64,000 bases of DNA from a virus. Position 1 is the first letter of the stretch. Each line of letters opens with the position of its first letter. This document shows positions 8,938-18,250 of the stretch, in pieces. The stretch lies in the IMG/VR virus record IMGVR_UViG_3300044678_002668, positions 1 to 64,000 of that record. One strand, written 5' to 3'. Both the position numbers and the translations under genes were made by a program. The notes under the pieces were generated by a model. It made no database searches. It had not been told where the DNA came from and was given only the letters and a program-made list of their open reading frames with translations.

Positions 8938-10950
8938 TTAAGAAATAGGTAAGTTTTGAGCAAGAATAGGCAAGCCGTTAGGAGACTCAGGAAGATTAGC
9001 TGCCATTTGCTCTAATCCTTCTGCCATCTGATCTACTGGCATACCAGCCAACTCAGGAGGGATTGGACCTTCTTGAGGTGCTCCAGCATTAGGTTGTTGC
9101 TGCATCATCATGGCTGGATCTTGAATTGGCTGTTGACCCAATACCATTAAAGTGGCAGGGTCACCTTGTCTTAGCTGATTAATATGTTCCTGAATGTGAT
9201 TTAAAACTCGTGAAACTAACTCAGGATCTCTTCGTAAATCTGGATCTGCCAATACTCCACGATGTTCCCGAATATGTAGAACATGCTCGTCTACAAACGT
9301 CACCACTACCGAATCTCCTCGTACCATGGCTTCGTTTTCACCACGCACGAGAATAAGCTCTTTTTCTGTAGATTCAGTCATCACATCCAAATTACCCGTT
9401 TTAAGTACTGTAAAATACTGTTCTGGTGTAATTTTTTGGAATTGAAGAAGGTTATTTGCCATCTCAGCTCTACCCGCTTTAGTTTGAGCTAGAGGGTTAC
9501 CAAGATCTACAATTACTCGATTTACTAAATCAATATCAGCTCCTTGAAACTCTTTTAAATACGAGCGGTTAGATTGACCTACAATGGAAGCTACTCGAGG
9601 AGTTTGAGCAAAGTCTTTAAGCATGTTAATGAGACCTGTACCAACATCCTCAATGAGCTGTACATAACTCTGCTGAAGACCGGACATAAATTGAAGAGCC
9701 ATACTTTGAACAAGAGCTAAAGAGTTACCCGAACGAAGAGATGCTTCTGGATTACCTCGGGCTACAGAGTTCACTCCAGAAACTGTTTCCATCTCTTTAA
9801 TTAGAGTGGCAATCAAATTATAAGTTTCTGCTGGAGTGGCAGTGGGGTTAAACGCAGTGGGAGGACCTACTTTAGAATCATACTCAATGACGTTTAAACC
9901 TCCAAATAGCTGACTTGTAACAATATTACTATCTTGAGGTACTAAAAGATTCTGCACTCCAAAAGCCGTATTATTACTTAATGCGGCACTATAAAGAGAG
10001 TTTACCGCTTCCTGAAGAGGAAGTAAGTCAAACATTGGAGTGTAACCATAAGGAGTTCCTAGGATTTCACCAGGAACAATGCGATAGATGGGTAGGTCTC
10101 GATAAGGCATAGGACCGTCATATAAATTGATGTTCTCGCTTAAGAACATCATATAACGACCTTCAGGCAAAGATTCTGTACGTTTATGATAGAACTCATA
10201 AACAGGTACGTCTTCTGACTCGTCTTCCGTCACAACGCCATCAAAACGAAAACGGAATACTTCCCCTTTAGTGGGCAAACCTTTAATTTTATCTGCTTGA
10301 TCTGGATACTTGGCCACTAAATCCCATTTGTTTTTCCAAGTGCGACATACAATCCAATTGTGATTGAAGTCTTCTTTAGATCCATCAAACATCACATCAA
10401 AAGGAGAAAGGTTAGAAAAAGATACGTCTCCTTCGTAAATGGGAGTATCGTCAATATAGTCCCAAATTTCACCAGAAGTGGCATCCCATTCCATTTTAAC
10501 GTAGCCAGCACCCAATACAATGGCGTATTCTACAGCTTTACGTAAATACTTTTCTAGGCGCTTTTCACGCATATAATAGTCTAACAAACCATCAGCTAGC
10601 TTGGTTTGTACAATGGATTTATAATCTGTGTTTGTGGCACGAGCAATCATGGCGGGCCTATTAGCCGTCACCATTACCAACATATGCTGAGCAATGTTAT
10701 GATAGTGGTTTACAGCGAGATGGGTAATCTCACCTTGCTCTCCACCAAAAAAGATCTTGTGACCATCAGTGCCAAAATAGGCTCCATGATAGGCACGCCA
10801 ACTGTCACGAATTTTTTCTACATATCCATTACGAGAAAGTCCGTCAAAGAAATATTTAGACTTTCCCAAAAGGGACGAAGAAAGTTTTTCAGGATCTTGG
10901 GCGGCAAAGTATTGCGACTCCAAGATGGTTTTAACGTCATCTGCCATCAT
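8938..10950 (-). CDS. portal protein (P22/podovirus-like)
   Basis: 670 aa right after terL; portal-like patterns (GxGYVKMEWD, LSPFDV, SGVNSVARG); Q/P-rich tail. Confidence 0.85.
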   Translation of the reverse strand: MMADDVKTILESQYFAAQDPEKLSSSLLGKSKYFFDGLSRNGYVEKIRDSWRAYHGAYFGTDGHKIFFGGEQGEITHLAVNHYHNIAQHMLVMVTANRPAMIARATNTDYKSIVQTKLADGLLDYYMREKRLEKYLRKAVEYAIVLGAGYVKMEWDATSGEIWDYIDDTPIYEGDVSFSNLSPFDVMFDGSKEDFNHNWIVCRTWKNKWDLVAKYPDQADKIKGLPTKGEVFRFRFDGVVTEDESEDVPVYEFYHKRTESLPEGRYMMFLSENINLYDGPMPYRDLPIYRIVPGEILGTPYGYTPMFDLLPLQEAVNSLYSAALSNNTAFGVQNLLVPQDSNIVTSQLFGGLNVIEYDSKVGPPTAFNPTATPAETYNLIATLIKEMETVSGVNSVARGNPEASLRSGNSLALVQSMALQFMSGLQQSYVQLIEDVGTGLINMLKDFAQTPRVASIVGQSNRSYLKEFQGADIDLVNRVIVDLGNPLAQTKAGRAEMANNLLQFQKITPEQYFTVLKTGNLDVMTESTEKELILVRGENEAMVRGDSVVVTFVDEHVLHIREHRGVLADPDLRRDPELVSRVLNHIQEHINQLRQGDPATLMVLGQQPIQDPAMMMQQQPNAGAPQEGPIPPELAGMPVDQMAEGLEQMAANLPESPNGLPILAQNLPIS

Positions 10951-10972
10951 AAATCCTTTGTAAATCCCTAAG

Positions 10973-10983
10973 ATTATTTGTTA
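10973..10983 (-). promoter_or_regulatory. putative late promoter TAACAAATAAT upstream of portal
   Basis: identical 11-mer overlapping terL stop, 22 nt before portal ATG. Confidence 0.6.
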
Positions 10984-12447
10984 ATTGGGTTTAGATTTGC
11001 CCTTAAAGAGCTTAGATCCAGAAAAGACCTTTTTAATGTGTTCAGTGAACTTTTTGTCTTGAGGTTTTTGACCTTTTCTCCAAAAAGCATTTTCTTCATC
11101 CACGTCTCTAAAGTCATACCCAGCAGGATAGGGGTTCTTATTTTGCTTTACATGTCGTACTAAATACTTTAAAGCGTCAACTCCGTCAAAGTGGCCATAA
11201 CCTTCAGCTCGAATATAAGAGGTTCTAGCTCTATTCCAAGTAGCATTAGCTAAATGTGCAATGAGATTGGTACATTTAGGATTAATGATGATGCGTTTTT
11301 GTTGCAACCACATCCTAAGATTGTTAAGGGCGGCATTAGCTTCGTCCTTATCAGCAGGAGAAAACCTAATTCCATGCATCCTATCTAAATCATTGATTAA
11401 AATTAAGTTATTATCGCAAACTCTTAAATAGGGGCTTCTAACTTCATTTGTAACTGGATCAGTAAAGTTATTAGCCTCCACTGCCCTGATGGTTTCAGCT
11501 AACTTGTCTGTAGTCATTGACTTACCATTAAGAACATATTCGTCTTCAATGATGAGCTTACCGTTTTTAAAATCGTAATAGGCCACTAAACCAAAAGTTA
11601 AATCTTTAAAACCAATATCCATTCCAACATATACGTCATAAAACGAAGGACGTTTCCATTCCGTAACAATGGATTCACGCAATTCTTGAGTAAATTCAGG
11701 TACTACGGCATCTTCTTGAGAAATCAAAAAGACACATTCATATTCTCGTTTAAACTGAATATCTTCTTTACCCATTGGATAAGAAGCTATGATTTCTTTT
11801 AAATCTTCTTCAGTGATGCGAGGATTATCGTATACTGTACGAGTAATGAGACTTTTATTAATCTCAGCTTGGCGTTTAAACTCTTCAAAATCGTGTCCAG
11901 GCTCTCTGGGAGGAGTGGAAGAGAGGATTACCTTACCTTTTGTAGTGAGCGTGGTGGGAATTAAGATGGACTTTACTAAATAATCTAAATCAGAACAGAA
12001 ACCTGCCTCATCTACAATGCAAAGAACAGAACTGCCTCCTCGTAAAGAGTCAGCACTTCCATTATCAGAACCCGCTAATTGAAGTTCTGATCCATTTGGA
12101 AAGTAAAAAATATTGTCTTGAGAGTTAAAAGTGGGTTTAAGCTCTTTAGGGCAGTCTTCGGTAATGGTACGAACAATGGGACGAATGTCCCGCTTAATCA
12201 TCTTACCTTCAGGAGCTACATATTTGACAACAGAATTCTTATTTTGAAGACAATACTCCATTGCCATAAGAGTAAGCAGGAAAGACTTACCCATACGACG
12301 AGAAGCCGAAAGAACTTGTACCTTTTGCCCCATCCTTTTAAGTTGACTATAAATGCCAAGTTGATTAGGGTCTAATTTCCAATGAAGGTGGCCAAGTTCC
12401 CAAAGCTTTCTTACCGCTTCTTTTTTAGATATTACTACCTGGTTCAT
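10981..12447 (-). CDS. terL: terminase large subunit
   Basis: Walker A SRRMGKS, Walker B IVDEAG, coupling motif SSTP, nuclease GMDIG and HFDGVDALKY. Confidence 0.95.
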   Translation of the reverse strand: MNQVVISKKEAVRKLWELGHLHWKLDPNQLGIYSQLKRMGQKVQVLSASRRMGKSFLLTLMAMEYCLQNKNSVVKYVAPEGKMIKRDIRPIVRTITEDCPKELKPTFNSQDNIFYFPNGSELQLAGSDNGSADSLRGGSSVLCIVDEAGFCSDLDYLVKSILIPTTLTTKGKVILSSTPPREPGHDFEEFKRQAEINKSLITRTVYDNPRITEEDLKEIIASYPMGKEDIQFKREYECVFLISQEDAVVPEFTQELRESIVTEWKRPSFYDVYVGMDIGFKDLTFGLVAYYDFKNGKLIIEDEYVLNGKSMTTDKLAETIRAVEANNFTDPVTNEVRSPYLRVCDNNLILINDLDRMHGIRFSPADKDEANAALNNLRMWLQQKRIIINPKCTNLIAHLANATWNRARTSYIRAEGYGHFDGVDALKYLVRHVKQNKNPYPAGYDFRDVDEENAFWRKGQKPQDKKFTEHIKKVFSGSKLFKGKSKPN

Positions 12448-12844
12448 TTTCCTTCTTTGCAGCCTCTACAAGAGCCTCTACAGACACCCCAGTAACGTCT
12501 CTAGCGGTGTTAGCAGAATCCTTTTCTAGCTCTTTTAAGGTCTTTTTACCGCGTATCATAATGTCATAGATGCGGGCTTCTTCCAAAGAAAGGGGCCTTG
12601 TACGGGCAGCTTCTTCTAAACGTTTGAGTTCATAATCAGCCACCATTTCACCACTATCCATGCTGGATGGGCTTACCACTAGAGACTTAGAAGTGGACAT
12701 TAGCAGCTCTTTTAAGTGTTTATTTTCTTCTTCTAGAGCTTTAATGCGATTGTGAAGCTCCTCATGAGCATTTACCACCACGTCAAAGTGCTTAGCTTTT
12801 TCATGGATGTCTGCAATGGAGGTGACTTTAGGTGGTTTAGACAT
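12425..12844 (-). CDS. putative terminase small subunit
   Basis: 139 aa helical protein overlapping terL start; positional inference. Confidence 0.45.
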   Translation of the reverse strand: MSKPPKVTSIADIHEKAKHFDVVVNAHEELHNRIKALEEENKHLKELLMSTSKSLVVSPSSMDSGEMVADYELKRLEEAARTRPLSLEEARIYDIMIRGKKTLKELEKDSANTARDVTGVSVEALVEAAKKENEPGSNI

Positions 12845-13146
12845 CAGAACATCCTTTGTGGACGCTGTTGTTCAGCGAACTTACCTAAACTTTCTCTATT
12901 TTCAATTTTAGCAAGACGATTATTAAGCTCTTGGAGTTTTTTATTAATGGACTCTTCCATGGGCTTTACTTTAGTTTCAATTAAAAAGAAACGATAGGCG
13001 CTATAGGCAAACATTCCTAAAGCAATGATGGAAGAAGATAGGGTAATTTTATCAAAAAGAGAGATGAAAAGTAGATATACTACTAAAAATACTTGACTAT
13101 GGTCAGCTTTTTTGATAGACTGAACCATATCTTTAAAGAAAGACAT
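12844..13146 (-). CDS. small membrane protein (two TM segments + coiled coil)
   Basis: ATG 13146 with AAAGGA SD; two hydrophobic stretches. Confidence 0.55.
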   Translation of the reverse strand: MSFFKDMVQSIKKADHSQVFLVVYLLFISLFDKITLSSSIIALGMFAYSAYRFFLIETKVKPMEESINKKLQELNNRLAKIENRESLGKFAEQQRPQRMF

Positions 13147-13281
13147 GTCTAATCCTTTCTTGCCCAAACGGATACAAGATATGAAAGCTTCGGCCTAGGC
13201 TTAGAAGCGTTAATGTGAAGAAAGTGAGTATGAGCGTAACGGAATTTTGTGTTTATTTGTCACGTTGTGTGACATGTCCTA

Positions 13282-13310
13282 TTGCAAAATCCCCACAAAT
13301 CTTCTATAAT
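13282..13310 (+). promoter_or_regulatory. sigma70-type promoter of clpP-like/thyA unit
   Basis: TTGCAA-17 nt-TATAAT. Confidence 0.7.
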
Positions 13311-13319
13311 TATTTGTTA
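13309..13319 (-). promoter_or_regulatory. putative late promoter TAACAAATAAT heading the terminase operon
   Basis: identical 11-mer in divergent intergenic region, overlapping the opposite -10 box. Confidence 0.6.
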
Positions 13320-13350
13320 AGACCCTAAACCCATAACTGAAAGGCATATT

Positions 13351-14160
13351 GTGCTAGGTAAAACTGTAAAAACAACTTTGTTAGCTTTCGCTGTAGGTAC
13401 GGCAATAGTGGGAGCTTCTGTAATATTAATTGATAGCGTTTTTTCTCCTAAAGAAAAAGAGCCCCGTATTGTACCAGAAGCAGTGCAGAGCCTTCCTAAT
13501 GTGCCTCAAGTGGATGGAAGTAACCCACCAGCTTCCATTGATGGACGAGAAATTATTCCACTAACACTAACAGAACGCAACACTGTGGACTTTGCTTCAG
13601 ATGTGACCTATCCTTCAGCGTTAGAGGCAATTCAAAAGATTAAATCTTTAGCTCTATCTGAAAATACAGATAGGATCTATCTTCTAATCACTTCTCCAGG
13701 CGGTTCAGTATTTGCTGGACAAATGATATTAGAAACAATTGAAGGCAGTAGCGTACCAGTAGACACCATCTGTGTAGGACTTTGTGCCTCTATGGGTGCC
13801 CATATGCACCAAGCTGGGTCTAAACGCTACATGACCAATAAATCCACTCTTATGTTCCATCCAGCTTCAGGAGGAGTGCAAGGAGAAGTGGAAACAATGA
13901 GAAGTCAAATCCTCTATATTGATAGGATTGTCACTAAGTTAGATCAACATGTGGCTAAACGGGCTAATATTCCTTTAACTGAGTTTAAACGTCGTATTCG
14001 TTCTGAGTATTGGCTAGATAGCGAAGATGCTACAGACATGGGGTTTAATGATGGGATTGTTTACTTGGATGATGAGCGTATTAAAAAAGCTAAAGACGTT
14101 ATTTACTTTCAAGGAGCTAAAGACAAAGCTCCCCTTGACAAGTATTTTAAGCTCCAGTAA
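13351..14160 (+). CDS. ClpP-like (S14) protease with N-terminal membrane anchor
   Basis: ITSPGGSV, CASMGA (Ser), LMFHP (His), YWLDSEDA..MGF.D; hydrophobic N-terminal helix. Confidence 0.88.
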   Translation: MLGKTVKTTLLAFAVGTAIVGASVILIDSVFSPKEKEPRIVPEAVQSLPNVPQVDGSNPPASIDGREIIPLTLTERNTVDFASDVTYPSALEAIQKIKSLALSENTDRIYLLITSPGGSVFAGQMILETIEGSSVPVDTICVGLCASMGAHMHQAGSKRYMTNKSTLMFHPASGGVQGEVETMRSQILYIDRIVTKLDQHVAKRANIPLTEFKRRIRSEYWLDSEDATDMGFNDGIVYLDDERIKKAKDVIYFQGAKDKAPLDKYFKLQ

Positions 14161-14437
14161 AAACTATGTAAGCTTTAGTTCCTATCATGAAAAGCTAGAC
14201 AAAGATCAATATAAGTATGTGGTGTCAAGTGTGGCCTCTAACGAAGAGTTTAAGGCCATACTTACCCGATGGATAGCGGATAAAGAGTTTAAAATATACG
14301 CTAGAGAAATTCCTGGATTTGGTAAGCTATATGGTATATACTTTAATGTGACGGGAGTACTCTACATTGTAACGGAACCTGAAAGGCCACTTTTACCAGC
14401 TCCTAAAAAACCTAAACTAACCGTCGTAAAGGATTAA
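14027..14437 (+). CDS. hypothetical protein (true start probably after 14160)
   Basis: fills gap after clpP-like gene; start uncertain. Confidence 0.5.
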   Translation: MLQTWGLMMGLFTWMMSVLKKLKTLFTFKELKTKLPLTSILSSSKNYVSFSSYHEKLDKDQYKYVVSSVASNEEFKAILTRWIADKEFKIYAREIPGFGKLYGIYFNVTGVLYIVTEPERPLLPAPKKPKLTVVKD

Positions 14438-14441
14438 ATCA

Positions 14442-14726
14442 ATGGAAGCTAAACTAAAATATAGTAACGTATACTTTAACGAAAAATTAGCTTTAGGCTT
14501 TGTAGGATCTATTTGGAATTGCTTTTCTCCCACTTTAAACATGTCTTTTAGTATGGGGGCTTCTTTTGATGAGGCCCTAATTGTATTACCAGATGAGAGT
14601 ATGAAGCTTGGAAAAATGGCATCTTTTTTCTTGGAATTAGGGTTCATTAGTGTTAAAATTAACTTAACGTACTTATACAAAACCCTAAGCAATGAAGAAG
14701 TGTTAGAATATGCGGACCTCACATGA
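14442..14726 (+). CDS. hypothetical protein
   Basis: 94 aa, AAGGA SD, overlaps thyA start. Confidence 0.6.
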   Translation: MEAKLKYSNVYFNEKLALGFVGSIWNCFSPTLNMSFSMGASFDEALIVLPDESMKLGKMASFFLELGFISVKINLTYLYKTLSNEEVLEYADLT

Positions 14727-15540
14727 CGCTGCTTACCTATCAACCCTACGTAACGTTCTTCGAGATGGAGAGCTTACCAAAAACAGAACTTCAACTAATT
14801 GCTATAAAAGTTTTGGAGAGAAGACGGCTTATAATCTTAACGGAGCGAATACACGAGAAGGGGAAGGATTTCCTCTTCTAACCACTAAGAAACTTAACTT
14901 TGAGGCCATTAAAGCGGAACTCTTATGGTTTTTGTCAGGATCTACAAATGTAAAAGAGCTAAAAACTCTACACAAGACGCCTATTTGGGATGCTTGGGCT
15001 AATCCTGAAACAGGGGAACTAGGACCTATTTATGGAAAGCAATGGAGGGATTTTGGAGGGGTGGATCAAATCCTACAAGTCCAAGAAAATCTTAGAAAAG
15101 ATCCTTTTAGCCGAAGGCATATTGTGTCGGCTTGGAACCCATCTGAGATTAAAGACATGGCTCTCCCTCCTTGCCATGCTTTTTTTCAGTTTAATGTTAG
15201 TCAGCAACATACTTTGGATCTTCAACTCTATCAGCGAAGTGCAGACCTATTTCTTGGTGTGCCTTACAATGTTGCTTCTTATAGCCTACTTGTCTGTATG
15301 ATGAGTCAGTGTGTAGGCTTAAAGCCAGGTAAATTTATTCATATCATGGGGGATGCCCACATCTACGAGAACCACCTAGAGCAAGTAAAGACGCAACTAG
15401 CAAGACTTCAGGCGGCTCCCCCTTCTCCTATCCTCTGGCTTAATCCAGAGGTTAAAAGTATCTTGGATTTTAAGATGGAGGATGTTAAAATAGAGGAATA
15501 TAATCCAATGTCTTTTCTTAAAGCGGAAGTGAGCGTATAA
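14710..15540 (+). CDS. thyA: thymidylate synthase
   Basis: FPLLTTKK, ELLWFLSG, LGPIYGKQWR, MALPPCH, YQRSADLFLGVPYN, GDAHIYENH. Confidence 0.98.
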   Translation: MRTSHDAAYLSTLRNVLRDGELTKNRTSTNCYKSFGEKTAYNLNGANTREGEGFPLLTTKKLNFEAIKAELLWFLSGSTNVKELKTLHKTPIWDAWANPETGELGPIYGKQWRDFGGVDQILQVQENLRKDPFSRRHIVSAWNPSEIKDMALPPCHAFFQFNVSQQHTLDLQLYQRSADLFLGVPYNVASYSLLVCMMSQCVGLKPGKFIHIMGDAHIYENHLEQVKTQLARLQAAPPSPILWLNPEVKSILDFKMEDVKIEEYNPMSFLKAEVSV

Positions 15541-15545
15541 TAATA

Positions 15546-15704
15546 ATGGAAAACTTGTTTCACATTTCTACATATAAGTTTGTAGGAAATGTTTTTGATT
15601 CGTCAGCTAATTTTATTTCGTTTATAGATACTGTTAATAATAAAGGGTTTTTAAAAACGTCTTTGATTACAGGAAGTATAAGTTTTTTGGATTATTTAAT
15701 ATGA
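15546..15704 (+). CDS. micro-protein A1 (MENL..., 52 aa)
   Basis: manual translation; ATGA-coupled to next. Confidence 0.65.
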   Translation: MENLFHISTYKFVGNVFDSSANFISFIDTVNNKGFLKTSLITGSISFLDYLI

Positions 15705-15859
15705 AACGATTAAACACTCTAGAAGCCACTTATTTATTATATAATCCTCAATACAGTCCAGAATACGTTGGATATAGCCTCTATATCTTTAATCCTAAAG
15801 AAGATACGGTTAAAGCGGCGGTTAGATTCACCATAAAACATAACGCAGAGTATTTATGA
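15701..15859 (+). CDS. micro-protein A2 (MKRL..., 52 aa)
   Basis: ATGA overlaps at both ends. Confidence 0.7.
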   Translation: MKRLNTLEATYLLYNPQYSPEYVGYSLYIFNPKEDTVKAAVRFTIKHNAEYL

Positions 15860-15999
15860 TTAGTTTAGGTATAGGTAACATGCACATGTATAGGTGGTAT
15901 TATTGGGACTCCCAATACATCCTAGAAATCTTTGATGGACTTAGCTTTGATTTCTTTGTTGGGTTTAACGGCTATTCTGAGGTGTATGAATTTATATGA
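15856..15999 (+). CDS. micro-protein A3 (MISL..., 47 aa)
   Basis: ATGA overlaps at both ends. Confidence 0.7.
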   Translation: MISLGIGNMHMYRWYYWDSQYILEIFDGLSFDFFVGFNGYSEVYEFI

Positions 16000-16142
16000 G
16001 TAGTTTAGAAAGTACTCCCTTTTTTAAATACCGTTTAGAGGTCTATCTAAAAGACCTAACTTATATGCAAATAGACTATGGACCTTGGCTACACTCTATT
16101 CATTTAGGACATTGGCACTACTTTCACCAGGGAAGTATTTAA
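15996..16142 (+). CDS. micro-protein A4 (MSSL..., 48 aa)
   Basis: ATGA / TAATG overlaps. Confidence 0.7.
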   Translation: MSSLESTPFFKYRLEVYLKDLTYMQIDYGPWLHSIHLGHWHYFHQGSI

Positions 16143-16453
16143 TGGAAAAGGTACATAAATACAGTCTTCAAGAGCTGGAAGAAAAGATGGAGACCCTATT
16201 TATCAAGTTAGAATACACTGCCAATTCTCTGGATACTTTAGGAGAAAAAATTAGAGAACTTTATAAGGACCCAATGAAATCCGAAACTCTCCATAAATAT
16301 TACATCCGAGAATTTAGCTTGGCCATTGAAAACCACAACTACCAACAAGACCTAGAAATAGTAGTACAATATATCCTAGACGACCATCCAACTCATTTTA
16401 ATGCGAACAGAATAAAGCGGTCTATGAAAAGCTTTAATAGGTGCGTTGAATAA
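16142..16453 (+). CDS. hypothetical helical protein
   Basis: ATG 16142 in TAATG overlap within ORF 16085..16453. Confidence 0.65.
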   Translation: MEKVHKYSLQELEEKMETLFIKLEYTANSLDTLGEKIRELYKDPMKSETLHKYYIREFSLAIENHNYQQDLEIVVQYILDDHPTHFNANRIKRSMKSFNRCVE

Positions 16454-16575
16454 CCCAGCGATATCAAGCATTTGTAAAACAACGCCCTCATATTGGATAT
16501 GAACCCTAATTATATTGCAGGTGAAGCTTTGCTTCCGCCGCAGCCCCTTAAGGGGCTCTTAGAAAGGACTTCCCC

Positions 16576-16869
16576 ATGTACCTGCCCCTACCCACCTCTC
16601 CCCATAAAGCCTGGCTTGCAGCGGGTTTTGTGAGCTTTACAGCCCTACCAGCCTATAGCCTCACTGAATACTATATGCTCCACTACCCTGTAAAAGACGG
16701 GGGTATTCAGGATCATCCAGCCGCTGACCCTAACGTGGAAAGCCTCGTATCCGACTATGGCCCCTATAGCCCCTTAGAAGGCCATAGGAGCTTTTTAGTT
16801 AAGCTTAAAGACCCATCAGCCTACCTATCCCACCCCAAGGTTCACATCACTTCCATGGAGACCTTATGA
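16576..16869 (+). CDS. hypothetical protein
   Basis: 97 aa, AAAGGA SD. Confidence 0.6.
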   Translation: MYLPLPTSPHKAWLAAGFVSFTALPAYSLTEYYMLHYPVKDGGIQDHPAADPNVESLVSDYGPYSPLEGHRSFLVKLKDPSAYLSHPKVHITSMETL

Positions 16870-17102
16870 AATATCCCTTCCAGCCCATAGCCTCGGCTGT
16901 AGGCCCCTATGGCCAGCAACTCCGCATAGAGGCCTGTATGCCCGCTAAATACAGCTCAGAGAAGACTCCAGGCATGACGGCGGTGTATGGCCCCATTTTT
17001 AGGATTGTGATGGAGGAGATAGATCCTAAAGGTAACGTTAAAGAAATTGCGGAGATGTGGGTGGATGAGAAGGCCTTATTAAGTTTAGGTGTGAAAATTT
17101 AG
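16866..17102 (+). CDS. hypothetical protein
   Basis: 78 aa, ATGA overlap, GGAG SD. Confidence 0.65.
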   Translation: MKYPFQPIASAVGPYGQQLRIEACMPAKYSSEKTPGMTAVYGPIFRIVMEEIDPKGNVKEIAEMWVDEKALLSLGVKI

Positions 17103-17220
17103 TGTTTGTGCATAGTAATAGCCCAAGTCACAGTCAAAGTCATCTATACCCCCCCCCAGCAAAACTAAACAAACCTTTAGACAACTCCAAGCGCAAGCGA
17201 TATTACAGTCCGCGCCAAAT

Positions 17221-17252
17221 AAAAAAAAAGGGAGAGGCTTTCGCCCCTCCCC
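17221..17252 (-). terminator. rho-independent terminator
   Basis: minus strand GGGAGGGGC-GAAA-GCCTCTCCC followed by T9, just after stop at 17260. Confidence 0.9.
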
Positions 17253-17259
17253 GTTTCAT

Positions 17260-17604
17260 TTATCCGATCTTCGCTCGTCGCTTTGGCTCAGGACTTGACT
17301 CGCCCTTCGCCTTGGCTTTATAAGCCGCTTTGTTAATCGCTTGGGCCTCAAGGTCTGCTTTTCGTGCCTCATCGTGTGATCCGTCTTCCAGCTCCGTGTC
17401 GGCTTGGACGATCTTCGAGGCGACCTCGAGGAGCTTGATCCACGCCTCACGACCGATCACCGCTTGGCCGCGTGAAAGTTTCACTCGAACCGCTCCGTTG
17501 GCGCAATAGACCGCAACATCCGAATTTATGTCGAGCAACATACGACCGTTGTCTTCTGTTTTTACTTCGAACTGAGAACCTGAAACCTGTTTGAGTTTTG
17601 CCAT
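17260..17604 (-). CDS. stand-alone early gene, hypothetical protein
   Basis: 114 aa with own promoter, TAAGGAG SD and terminator; GC-richer than neighbours. Confidence 0.8.
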   Translation of the reverse strand: MAKLKQVSGSQFEVKTEDNGRMLLDINSDVAVYCANGAVRVKLSRGQAVIGREAWIKLLEVASKIVQADTELEDGSHDEARKADLEAQAINKAAYKAKAKGESSPEPKRRAKIG

Positions 17605-17657
17605 CTGGCCTTTATCTCCTTAGTGTCGCGGTCTTAATTGACCGTTTCGACATACCC

Positions 17658-17686
17658 AGAATAGCGCATCTAATTTTGAAAGTCAA
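17658..17686 (-). promoter_or_regulatory. leftward sigma70-type early promoter
   Basis: TTGACT-17 nt-TATTCT. Confidence 0.8.
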
Positions 17687-17745
17687 GTAATGGATTACGA
17701 ATCTCATTTTGAGACAGAGTGCGTTGTGCGCACCAAGTAAAAAGA

Positions 17746-17952
17746 AAGGGGGCACTGTTAAGGCAGAGTGTTTTAGTAAAGGGGGCACTGTTAAGCTTAC
17801 ACACTCGCGCAAGAAGAAACGCGTTACGCGCATGAAGGGGGCACTGTTAAGAAAATAATTTTGTTTCAATTTGAGATTATTTAATTATATGAGTATGATA
17901 TTATTTTTTATTCCCTTCCCTTGGTTTGATTCAGATTAGGGGCAGTGTTAAG
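17746..17952. repeat. iteron-like direct repeats AAGGGGGCACTGTTAAG
   Basis: exact copies at 17746, 17779, 17835; variant AGGGGCAGTGTTAAG at 17938; AT-rich tract 17852-17910. Confidence 0.85.
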
Positions 17953-18163
17953 TATCAGATTGATATTTAGCTAGGGGATTAGTGTTTTCGCATAATCAAA
18001 TCACTATCTTTTCTCTCCTCATTCTCTCTCCTCATTATCCTTCATTTCTCATGTCCCTGACAGTAGGTATAATAACTTATATCCTAAATATAAATAATAA
18101 TCATACTTAATCTTTGCCCGACCCGAGTCGTTCCGCAGGGTTACGCCACACGAAAAAAATCGT

Positions 18164-18193
18164 TTGACACGACCGGCGGCTCGGTGCTATTCT
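18164..18193 (+). promoter_or_regulatory. rightward sigma70-type early promoter
   Basis: A-tract, TTGACA-18 nt-(TGc)TATTCT. Confidence 0.8.
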
Positions 18194-18250
18194 GGTTTTG
18201 GTCGGCCGCTCCCTCGCACTAATTAAGCCCGCTCTAATAAGGAGGTTGTT

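Noticed and set aside
16543-16556. Palindrome GCCCCTTAAGGGGC
   Set aside because: Single short hairpin without a clear U-tract or second copy; function not supportable.
17102-17869. ORFs 17102..17323(+), 17256..17450(-), 17612..17869(-)
   Set aside because: They overlap the terminator, promoter, repeats or the better-supported 17260..17604 gene and lack SDs.
17746-17952. Mini CRISPR array
   Set aside because: Repeats are only 17 nt with unequal gaps (16, 39, about 86 nt) and no cas operon; the Cas4-like nuclease at 38867 sits in a recombination module.
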